From: an uncultured Gammaproteobacteria bacterium
Lineage (GTDB): Bacteria; Patescibacteriota; Microgenomatia; Levybacterales; GWA1-39-11
NCBI GenBank assembly: GCA_964409875.1
Contig: CAYPEN010000002.1
Location: forward strand, 1,067-65,066
Direction: 5' to 3'
Length of the DNA: 64,000 nt
The translations under genes were made by a program, and so were the position numbers. Shown piece by piece: positions 28,823-37,582 of this stretch. The notes under the pieces are model-generated. The model saw only the letters and a program-made list of their open reading frames with translations, was not told the DNA's origin and made no database searches. The stretch's first letter is position 1. Every line of letters starts with the position of its first letter.

Positions 28823-29488
28823 TTACTCGACCGTTATCTTATCCTTTAGCCCGTCAAATGTCTTTTGACCAAGAATCTTCTTCGTAACCAAGTCTTCAAT
28901 CTTGCTGTACGGCCTACCTGATATGATCTTTTGAGCTGTCACCTGCCCCACTTTAGGAAGAGAATCAAGTTGATTAACAGTTGCAGAATTTATATTAATC
29001 AGGCCAGAGTTGTCACCAACTGTCAAATTAGCACCATCGTTTGAGTTCAAATTTTGCTCTACTGATGTAACTGTAGTTGTTTGCTCGCCTTTTTGCGGAA
29101 TGTACACCTTTGCTCCGTCTATAAGCTTTTGGGCTAAATTAAAATGTTTTGATACATAATCTCTATCTGCTGTAGAGCTCATTCCTCCCGAGGCTATAAG
29201 CGCGTCTTGAACCCTTGCCCCTTCCCTTAATTTGTAAACTCCGGGTTTTTGAACTGCACCTTCTATATCAATAGAAATTTCCTTTGTGCTTGCTGTGCCT
29301 GCAACTGCCTTTGTGTCCGAAGGTACAAAAACAGCTTCATCTTTTGTGCTTTTTGTACTCAAGTATTGGAAAACTCCTATCAACAAAAGAAGGACACCAA
29401 GGCAAATTAGGCCTACAAATAATGGGTTGTTGCGGACAAACTCTTCCCCTCTTTTTACAAAAGATTTCTTCTCAGTTTCCTCCTCCAT
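28823..29488 (-). CDS. comEA: ComEA DNA-uptake protein (SLBB + helix-hairpin-helix)
   Basis: IEGAVQKPGVY, NLAQKLIDG, ININSAT...LDSLPKVG...AQKII. Confidence 0.92.
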   Translation of the reverse strand: MEEETEKKSFVKRGEEFVRNNPLFVGLICLGVLLLLIGVFQYLSTKSTKDEAVFVPSDTKAVAGTASTKEISIDIEGAVQKPGVYKLREGARVQDALIASGGMSSTADRDYVSKHFNLAQKLIDGAKVYIPQKGEQTTTVTSVEQNLNSNDGANLTVGDNSGLININSATVNQLDSLPKVGQVTAQKIISGRPYSKIEDLVTKKILGQKTFDGLKDKITVE

Positions 29489-29529
29489 ACCTCATATTAG
29501 AGAAGTTTGAGAATAAGTTTCAAGGGGTA

Positions 29530-32500
29530 TTAAATTACAACATTCACAATCTTGCCGGGGATATATATGACTCTTTTGACCGTAACACCTTCTGTGTGTT
29601 TTGAAACTGCCTCAAGCGCTCTCTTTTCCGCTTCTTTTTGGTCTGTAATCTTAGAGCTTTCAAGCTCGAATTCTCCTCTTTTTTTGCCGTTCACCTGAAC
29701 GATAATAAGGACCGTATCTAAAACAAGCTGCTTTTGGTCGAACTTTGGCCACTCTTGCAGATGAATTGAGCTGTTATTTCCCAGCATATTCCATAATTCC
29801 TCAGTCATATGAGGCGCGAAAGGTGCCAAGAGCCTAAGGTAGGTATTGGCTTCTAATTTAGTTATGTCTTTCTCCTTATTAAGCGCGTTATACCATTCCA
29901 TAAGCTTTGCAATGGCTGTGTTATATCCAAATTCTTCTATATCTTTTGTTACTCCTTGTATAGTTTTGTGCATCAAACGAGCTCTTTCACTACTCAACTC
30001 TTCATTTTCTCCTACTCTTTCTGACAACAGCTTCCATACTTTGCGGATAAACCTTCCCATACCCTCAATACCACTATCCCGAAAGTCCCCTCCATCGCTA
30101 TATGGCCCTAAAAACATCAAATAAGTTCTTAATGTATCGGCGCCATACTTTGATATATATTCATCCGGAACGACCACATTTCCCTTACTTTTACTCATTT
30201 TTGCACCGTCTTTTATGATAAGTCCATGTGCGAAGAAGTTGGTAAATGGCTCCTCAAAATCTATAAATTTCAAATCACATAATACCATCGTGACAAAACG
30301 TGAATACAAGAGGTGTAGCACAGAATGCTCTGCTCCGCCAATATACTGGTTGACCGGTAACCACTTTTTAGTCCTTTCTGTATCAAAAGCTACATTTTCT
30401 ACATCAGTACTCGGGTATCTTAAAAAATACCAACTACTATCAAGAAAAGTGTCGCTTACGTCGGTCTCTCGGGTTGCATCCCCTCCACAGTGTGGGCATT
30501 TTGTTTTATAGAACTCAGGATGGTTGGCAAGAGGTGACTTGCCGGTCCCCATTGGCTTCCAATCTGCAACATCAGGAAGAAGAACAGGGAGTTCAGCCTC
30601 AGGAACCGAGAACCAACCACTCATTCCTTCTACCTCAAATTCGCCATTTTTTTGGCAAGTTGAGCAATAAACCATCGGTATTGGAGGCCCCCAATACCGC
30701 TGGCGGGAGATGAGCCAATCCCTGAGGTGATAATTGGCCTTACGTTTCCCTAGAGCTTTCTCTTCTAGCCAATTTAAAACCTTTCCCATTTCCTTTGGAA
30801 CCTCAAGACCGTTCCATTCTTTAGAATTAATAAGTACCCCTGCTCCTTCGTAGGGCTCTTCTGTATTCTGTCTTTTGTCTTCTGTCTTCTGAATTACCTC
30901 AATTATCGGCAAATTATATTTTTTGGCGAATGCAAAATCCCTACCATCATGCGCCGGAACGGCCATAATTGCACCCGTGCCATATCCTGAAAGCACGTAA
31001 TCGGCAACCCACACCGGAATGTTCTCTCCGTTTACCGGATTTATGGTATAAAGTCCTAAAAATACACCTGTTTTTTCCTTTCCTTCTCCCGTTCTTTCAA
31101 TTTCGTTTTTTGCCTTAGCCTTTTCAACATATGCTGCAACTTCACCTCTTATCTTTTCATCAACTCCAAAACTCCCCTCAACTATCTGAGAGACAAGCGC
31201 GTGCTCGGGAGCAACCACCATGAATGTCGCGCCAAACAATGTGTCAGGACGTGTAGTAAAGACCTTGAGGCTTTCAACAATCTCATTCAAGACGGCCGGT
31301 TCTGCCCCGTTTGTATTAAAATGAGGCGTATTGGCAGTAACTTCCACAAATTTTGCCCCAAGTCTTGCAGCAATTTCTTCCGGCTGAGAAGGAATAATTA
31401 CATCGTCGTGGAGATCTTTTAGCACGATAGCACTCCCCACTCTTTCTTTAACAGCCTCAAAATCAAATTTCCAATCACATGCTTTGGTTAATTCAGGCCT
31501 CTCAACTCCATCCAAAAACTCTGGCTTTAAAGGAGGCGCTATCATAATTAACTTATGAATATTCGTTTTCAGTTTTGGAAGTAATTTTAATGCAACATCT
31601 CCCCCCAAACTGTGGGTAACAACCACCGTCTTTGAGTCAAAGGTATGCTTTTCTAGGAGGAAATTAACTTGGGTGTCAATATCGGGGTTGCCGTTAGTTG
31701 GCAGATCATACATTTCAACTGTTGAACCCCTCTTCTCAAGTTCGGTTTTGAGCCATTGCCAAAAATCTTTTTTTTGTCCGCCATTGTGCCCATGAATAAA
31801 TATGTACTTATTCTTTGTAGCTACTTCAAATTCAACCTCTGCTCCCTCGCTTTTGCCTATCCAATTCCTCTGGGCAATTTTTACTTTCTCTGTCCAATTG
31901 AGTCCTTCGATGTTTTTAAGTAAACGATCTGCATAGTTTGTTATACGGAAAAACCATTGCTCCAGATTTTTCTTTTCAACTTTTGTTCCACAACGCTCAC
32001 AGCACCCATCTATCACTTGCTCATCAGATAAAACTGTCATGTCCTTTGGACACCAGTTGACTAATGCTGTATCGCGGTAGGCAAGTCCTGCTTTGAAAAG
32101 CTGAATAAAAAGCCATTGTGTCCATTTGTAATAATCAGGGTTATATGTCTCAACCGTCCTATTCCAATCGAATGAATTGCCGATTGAACGGAGTTGGCGG
32201 TAGAAATTCTTCTCTGCTATTTGGGCCTGAACTTTTGGGTGACGGCCCACTTTCAGTGCATAGTTTTCTGAATGGATTCCGAATCCATCAAGCCCAATCG
32301 GCTCCAAGACATCCTTCCCTTGCATCCTGTTAAACCGTGCGTATACATCAGCACCCGTAAAAGCGTACATATTGCCTACATGAAGTCCTTCTGCTGAAGG
32401 GTAAGGAAACATCATGAGGTTAAAATAGGGGTTCTTCGCTGCTGTTATATCAGGAGAAAAAGTGTTGTCACTCTCCCATTTTTCCTGCCATTTCGGTTCA

Positions 32501-32538
32501 ATTTCTGATGGATTATAGCGCGGCTCATTAACTTTCAT
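29530..32538 (-). CDS. leuS: Leucine--tRNA ligase with an inserted alpha/beta-hydrolase domain
   Basis: MFPYPS, HVGN (HIGH-like), FTTRPDT, GTGAIMAVPAHD, DWLISRQRYWG, KMSKS. Confidence 0.95.
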   Translation of the reverse strand: MKVNEPRYNPSEIEPKWQEKWESDNTFSPDITAAKNPYFNLMMFPYPSAEGLHVGNMYAFTGADVYARFNRMQGKDVLEPIGLDGFGIHSENYALKVGRHPKVQAQIAEKNFYRQLRSIGNSFDWNRTVETYNPDYYKWTQWLFIQLFKAGLAYRDTALVNWCPKDMTVLSDEQVIDGCCERCGTKVEKKNLEQWFFRITNYADRLLKNIEGLNWTEKVKIAQRNWIGKSEGAEVEFEVATKNKYIFIHGHNGGQKKDFWQWLKTELEKRGSTVEMYDLPTNGNPDIDTQVNFLLEKHTFDSKTVVVTHSLGGDVALKLLPKLKTNIHKLIMIAPPLKPEFLDGVERPELTKACDWKFDFEAVKERVGSAIVLKDLHDDVIIPSQPEEIAARLGAKFVEVTANTPHFNTNGAEPAVLNEIVESLKVFTTRPDTLFGATFMVVAPEHALVSQIVEGSFGVDEKIRGEVAAYVEKAKAKNEIERTGEGKEKTGVFLGLYTINPVNGENIPVWVADYVLSGYGTGAIMAVPAHDGRDFAFAKKYNLPIIEVIQKTEDKRQNTEEPYEGAGVLINSKEWNGLEVPKEMGKVLNWLEEKALGKRKANYHLRDWLISRQRYWGPPIPMVYCSTCQKNGEFEVEGMSGWFSVPEAELPVLLPDVADWKPMGTGKSPLANHPEFYKTKCPHCGGDATRETDVSDTFLDSSWYFLRYPSTDVENVAFDTERTKKWLPVNQYIGGAEHSVLHLLYSRFVTMVLCDLKFIDFEEPFTNFFAHGLIIKDGAKMSKSKGNVVVPDEYISKYGADTLRTYLMFLGPYSDGGDFRDSGIEGMGRFIRKVWKLLSERVGENEELSSERARLMHKTIQGVTKDIEEFGYNTAIAKLMEWYNALNKEKDITKLEANTYLRLLAPFAPHMTEELWNMLGNNSSIHLQEWPKFDQKQLVLDTVLIIVQVNGKKRGEFELESSKITDQKEAEKRALEAVSKHTEGVTVKRVIYIPGKIVNVVI

Positions 32539-32593
32539 ATAGTAAAAGAATTGTACCAAACTTTTGCCTCAAATTATAGCCCATATGTACTTA

Positions 32594-32707
32594 TGGTAAA
32601 ATGGCGCTGTCACTCATGCGGCCAATTCGCAAAAAGCTTGCGTTTTCGGGCTCTTGAGCAGACCGCCTAGGCTCGCCTCGGCGAGACTGGCACATTGAAA
32701 ACGCAGG
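32594..32707 (+). promoter_or_regulatory. Cassette 6 head: extended -10, boxA-like site and arm A
   Basis: TGGTAAAAT 32594-32602; GGCACATTGAAA 32689-32700; AACGCAGG 32700-32707 is the reverse complement of 33683-33690. Confidence 0.6.
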
Positions 32708-32725
32708 AAAAGAAAGGATTAACCA

Positions 32726-32995
32726 TTGACTAAAAAGCATAAGGTTCAGCATCCGCAGCTCAACGACCTCATCAAGGCAGGGATAGTGATGGATGGCACC
32801 CTCATGATGGCCTACCACCACTACCAGGAACTCTTCGGCAGGAGAGACTCCACGGAGCACTTGTTGGAGAGGGAGAGATCTCCTCTCGAAAATCTCGTAA
32901 CCGAGATTGGCATCGCCATCGAAAAACAACAGGAGTTCCAAGCAGCCCTTACAGCATATCTCGCCTCAAACGAGTACAAAGCTGGGCAACACTAG
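32726..32995 (+). CDS. Small helical hypothetical protein; cassette 6
   Basis: GAAAGGA RBS, TTG start, 89 aa. Confidence 0.6.
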   Translation: MTKKHKVQHPQLNDLIKAGIVMDGTLMMAYHHYQELFGRRDSTEHLLERERSPLENLVTEIGIAIEKQQEFQAALTAYLASNEYKAGQH

Positions 32996-33099
32996 CCCGG
33001 GGCGGTATCCACCCCTAAGCCAACTACTCAAAAGGAGGCTGACCGAATCGACCGTCGTTTAACAACGACCCACACTCATTCCCTCTAAGGAGCAAGAAC

Positions 33100-33267
33100 G
33101 TGGCCCACAAACCAAACGGCTTCGGACGCCTCAAAAAGCGTCCGGGTCTCCGACAAAACGGCCAGAATAGGGGGCCGGCGTGGATAGCTTCCACATCGAT
33201 GACCTCCTCAAGAGCCAACTGGAAGCTCAAACTTCAGGAACTCGGCCTGAGAAAGGTTAACAAGTGA
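33100..33267 (+). CDS. Small basic protein (55 aa); cassette 6
   Basis: AAGGAG then GTG 33100; MAHKPNGFGRLKKRPG...; GTGA overlap with the ndk start; below the ORF-track cutoff. Confidence 0.45.
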   Translation: MAHKPNGFGRLKKRPGLRQNGQNRGPAWIASTSMTSSRANWKLKLQELGLRKVNK

Positions 33268-33677
33268 CACCCAACGACGAACGTACGCTTGTTCTGGTGA
33301 AGCCGGACGCGTACGCGAAGGCTCAAGAAATCGAAGAGCGGTACCGCAGGGCAGGTCTTACCATCTGCTCGCATAAGACCGTCAAGCCCACACGCCCACT
33401 CATCGAGGAGCACTATCGTGAGCACGTCGGCAAACCCTACTACAGAGGGACCGTCGAGTTCATGCTTTCAGGTGATATCTTCGCCATTGTACTCGTCGGC
33501 CCCAACGTCATTGAGCGCGTGCGGGAGCTGCATGGCCCTACTGACCCCACGAAGGCAAAACCCGGAAACATCCGGCATGACTTCGGAGGGAGGCAAATGC
33601 CGGCCAATGCTGTCCACGCGAGCGACAGCGTCGAGTCTGCAAAGCGTGAACTCGCGCTGTGGTTCCCTGGCATATAA
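33264..33677 (+). CDS. ndk: Nucleoside diphosphate kinase; cassette 6
   Basis: ERTLVLVKPDA, HYREHVGKPYY, GPTDP, PGNIRHDF, NAVHASDS. Confidence 0.95.
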   Translation: MTPNDERTLVLVKPDAYAKAQEIEERYRRAGLTICSHKTVKPTRPLIEEHYREHVGKPYYRGTVEFMLSGDIFAIVLVGPNVIERVRELHGPTDPTKAKPGNIRHDFGGRQMPANAVHASDSVESAKRELALWFPGI

Positions 33678-33682
33678 TGCCA

Positions 33683-33740
33683 CCTGCGTTCTCCCGAATT
33701 CTCGGGAGAAAAACTTGGCGGCCCGGTTCTCCGGGCCGTC
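33683..33740 (+). terminator. Arm A' plus two hairpins ending cassette 6
   Basis: CCTGCGTT; TTCTCCCGA/TCGGGAGAA; CGGCCCGG/CCGGGCCG. Confidence 0.7.
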
Positions 33741-33786
33741 TCAAGCCTCACTAGAATTCCCCTTTTATATCTGCTACCATGAGATT

Positions 33787-34407
33787 ATGAAGCAGCGGCA
33801 AATTATCGAAAGCTTTTCCATCATTTTGAGTGTAGCTTTTGTTTTTTTTGTGGTTCAAGCAGGTTTTAGCAATTATTCCACTTACCTGCTAGCACTTCTT
33901 ATTATCTTCTTTGCTATATATATAAGTATAAAAAAAAGGTCGAAATCTGCATCAGGTTTTTTCTCGGCAAGCCCGCTGGAATTATTTGGCATTATTACAA
34001 TAGTACTGCTAATAGTCTCGTTGACTAATGGGCTTTTCTCTCCTCTGTTCTTTTTTCTCTACTTCATTTTATTCTTACTCGCATTTATGAACGAACCGCT
34101 TACAATTTGGATTTTTGCTTTATCAGTGCTGCTCTTTTTTGTTCCGCAAGCTTCAAATAACCTCACCCCTGACACGTTTATCAAACTCGGCTCTCTTTTG
34201 CTAATTTCACCTATCGCATTTTTTGTAGGCAACGAATTGGAGCGACGTCAAATTCTGAACAGAAAAATAGAGAGCAAAACCGACGAGATTCTTCAGGAGG
34301 CTACAATTCTGAAAGAGGAAGAGGGAACAAAAAATCCTGATGAGGCCGAGGCGATTGATGAAATAATTGAAGAAGCACAATCACTTCAAGATGACATAAA
34401 GGAATAA
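33787..34407 (+). CDS. Multi-pass membrane protein
   Basis: Start set at MKQRQII; five to six hydrophobic helices, acidic tail. Confidence 0.75.
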   Translation: MKQRQIIESFSIILSVAFVFFVVQAGFSNYSTYLLALLIIFFAIYISIKKRSKSASGFFSASPLELFGIITIVLLIVSLTNGLFSPLFFFLYFILFLLAFMNEPLTIWIFALSVLLFFVPQASNNLTPDTFIKLGSLLLISPIAFFVGNELERRQILNRKIESKTDEILQEATILKEEEGTKNPDEAEAIDEIIEEAQSLQDDIKE

Positions 34408-34412
34408 CCCCC

Positions 34413-35183
34413 ATGAAAGCGTTCACAAAAAAACTATTTTCACCTGCTGGCTCTATTGCTTTTATAAGTGTCAATCTTCTGTTTTTTGTCCTATTCTACT
34501 CTTTTGAGGTTAATGCCCAGACCAGCATGTCCAATGGGTCCTACATTATCAAATTTCCCAATCTTAATTCTTTTGCCGGCAAACCGTCTAATGCACAGTA
34601 TAAATTAGGTATAACGGGAGGCCAAACTGCTCCCGGGCTTTACTCAGGCTCCAATTACAAAGTACGGGCAGGATTTCAATATCTACTCTCAAGTATCCCA
34701 TTTTCTTTTTCGATTTCTTCTCTATTCATCGATTTTGGCCCCATAACCCCCGGTGCTCCGGTAACACGCACCAATAACCTGACAGTTTCAAATGGTTCTG
34801 CTTATGGATATACAGTGTTAGTGAGAGAAAACCACCCTCTGAGGGTCAATCCTTCTGGTTTTTCAATTCCCGATACAACATGCGATTCGGGAACATGCAA
34901 CGAACAAACGTCAGGCACGTGGAACAACCTTACCACTTTCGGCTTCGGATACAGATGCGACAATATCACCGGAGCTGATTGCCAATCCGGTTTTTCAGGC
35001 GCAAATGACTACAGACAGTTTCCTTCCAGTGAATCGGCTGAGTTGGCATTCCCCATAATGCGTGGCGTCAACAGAGGCCGTAATATTCAGTCACAAGTAA
35101 CATATAAAGTAAATGTATCAACAACACAAGCGGCTGGATTATATGAAAACGCAATTACCTTCATCGCCGTTCCTTCCATTTAA
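34413..35183 (+). CDS. Secreted protein with WxL-like C-terminal domain
   Basis: Signal peptide, SAYGYTV, ends GLYENAITFIAVPSI. Confidence 0.7.
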   Translation: MKAFTKKLFSPAGSIAFISVNLLFFVLFYSFEVNAQTSMSNGSYIIKFPNLNSFAGKPSNAQYKLGITGGQTAPGLYSGSNYKVRAGFQYLLSSIPFSFSISSLFIDFGPITPGAPVTRTNNLTVSNGSAYGYTVLVRENHPLRVNPSGFSIPDTTCDSGTCNEQTSGTWNNLTTFGFGYRCDNITGADCQSGFSGANDYRQFPSSESAELAFPIMRGVNRGRNIQSQVTYKVNVSTTQAAGLYENAITFIAVPSI

Positions 35184-35905
35184 TAATTGATCCAGACTTT
35201 GTTTATTTAATCGCATTGAGGCTGTGAAAAGATATACATTCAAGATACTACCCTTGGTAGCTTAATTTTAAAAATACCGCAATATCTTCATATTATAACC
35301 GCATTAGCCTCATGAAATGCTCTTTTTACAGCGTAAAAAGAGCAGAAAATATTTTCACAGTGAATAAACAGGGGCCTACACTTTTAAGGAGTTATCTCGC
35401 ATCTATCTTTTTCCAACGTACCGTGAAAAAGATAGTTTTTTTTAATATTAAATTATATGTTAATCGTGAAATCAAAATTACTATAGGAAAATAAGAGGTA
35501 TAATGTAATTATACCGATATATCAAATTAAAAACCGATTCCTCTAATTTATATTGAATTATCAATCCAAAATACCATTTTTAGCTTCAGTCACTCAGCTC
35601 TTTTAATTGCTATTACGCAAGTGTTTTGCAAAAGAAATTACCTGATATAGATTGATATAGATACGTATTTTCACGGCTTTTTCTCTTTTGCTTCATTATA
35701 GATCTGCCTCGTCTTCTATAACTATTACCGCACTATTCGAAAAATACTTGCAATTTGAACTGATTTTATATTACCGCACATACTAATTTGGCATGAAAAT
35801 AGGTATACTTCACATAAGCAATTTGCCTACGAATATATATCTATTTCCAGTTAGTTTTATACGCCCTAACTTTCATTTTTTGGGTAGGTACGGTAGTATT
35901 AGTGT

Positions 35906-36874
35906 ATGAGAAGATACTCTGTTCTATTCACAGTTCTTTTTATCATACTATTGGCCGTCGTTCCACGGGTTGATGCCCAGGGCCAATCGGTTAGTATTTA
36001 TCCTCCTGTTATTGAGGTGCAAACGAGCCCCCCATCCTCTCCCACAGTCCCAATTGTAATTCAAAACAACAATAGCGAAGATGTAACATTAAAGATACAA
36101 CTTATACCGTTTAAGACAAATGATACCTCAGGCGAGGTCATACTTATGCCTGATGAGATTAACAAAGGGTTTTACCCCTATTACCGGGATCGAATCCAAT
36201 TTCTTATTGATTCAAAAAAAACCGACACTATTGTATTGCAAGCCTTAGAGTCAAAGCAAATTGAACTCAACATAAATCTTTCAAAAGGTGACCCTCCGGG
36301 TGATTTCTATTATTCGATAGTCTTTATTTCAGAAGGTCAAAAAACAGGTGAAAGCAGTGTTTCTAGCCTACCGACAGGTATCGCAACCAATCTACTGTTA
36401 TCAATTGGGCCCAAGGATCAATCCTCCGGCGGAATTAGCCAATTTTCTACCTCGTCATTTAAGTCGAAAGGCCCTGTAGAATTCACTTTGAAGCTACATA
36501 ATGCAAGCAAACATCTGATAAATCCAACAGGAAATATCGAAATAACAAACACTTTTGGCAAACCTGTAGGTTCGGTCAAACTTTTATCACAATATGTATT
36601 ATCCCGCTCCGACCGATACCTCATCGATACAAGCCAAAGCACCGCTTCTGCTCAAACAACTACTATTTTAGACTCTATTCCAAAGGTAATTTGGCCTGAA
36701 AAATTTCTTTTTGGATGGTACAAAGCAAAAGTCTCAGTTCAACTTGATGAAAATGGACCCATTTACTACGCTTACACCTATTTCTTCGCCTTCCCCCTCT
36801 ACCTCTTTTTCCCACTTGTTATAGTGCTATTTATCATTTTTAGCGTTTACCTTCGCATAAGGCGCAAGATTTAG
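35906..36874 (+). CDS. DUF916-like membrane-anchored protein (paralog of 18348-19346)
   Basis: SIYPP, DPPGDFYYSIVF, KFLFGWYKAK, C-terminal TM with basic tail. Confidence 0.7.
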   Translation: MRRYSVLFTVLFIILLAVVPRVDAQGQSVSIYPPVIEVQTSPPSSPTVPIVIQNNNSEDVTLKIQLIPFKTNDTSGEVILMPDEINKGFYPYYRDRIQFLIDSKKTDTIVLQALESKQIELNINLSKGDPPGDFYYSIVFISEGQKTGESSVSSLPTGIATNLLLSIGPKDQSSGGISQFSTSSFKSKGPVEFTLKLHNASKHLINPTGNIEITNTFGKPVGSVKLLSQYVLSRSDRYLIDTSQSTASAQTTTILDSIPKVIWPEKFLFGWYKAKVSVQLDENGPIYYAYTYFFAFPLYLFFPLVIVLFIIFSVYLRIRRKI

Positions 36875-37582
36875 TTACTAATTTTATATAAAGACTCGTA
36901 GTAAATTAAATTAGTAAAAAATTGGCCGCCACTCTACTTTCATAACGGCTATCCTTTTTAATGTACTATTCTGATAACGTATAAAGCTTATTAATTTCAA
37001 ATTGTAACGGTTTAGATTATATTAATAGGATTTTTTTAGATAACAATTCTTATCACACTGAACATATCTTTGCTTATCAACGTCGTATAGTGATTAATTT
37101 ATGTAAGATACTTTTAATAATTATACGCGATTTATATATCCTAATAGTAATTTCTTTTCATGCTATAGTTTTTCACGGACCTCATTTTTAATGGAATTCA
37201 TTTGCACTAATTTGATACGAAATGCTAGCACTACATTGTCTTAAGTGCAGATTTTGAGGCTATTTGAGGCTTAATGTTTGTAAATTCTTGTCAATTTTAT
37301 CAAGTTTTAAAAACTTCATTTTGTCCGTGAAAATGGTCGCAGCAATAACTATATCATAAGGTTATAAAATATATCATAGCCTCGGTACTCCTCTTGACAG
37401 CATGATGTATATTTATTTAATCTGTTTATAGGCCTTATGAAACACCCGTGTAAACAGTATAATCGGTATAATTTTGAACTTGATATATTCCTTTGCGGTA
37501 ATATTTTTTACAACAGAAATCGCGTAAAAAATCTTTGTAAAAACTCTTGCTCATTCTTTTCACGCTAATTTAAATTCTGCCC

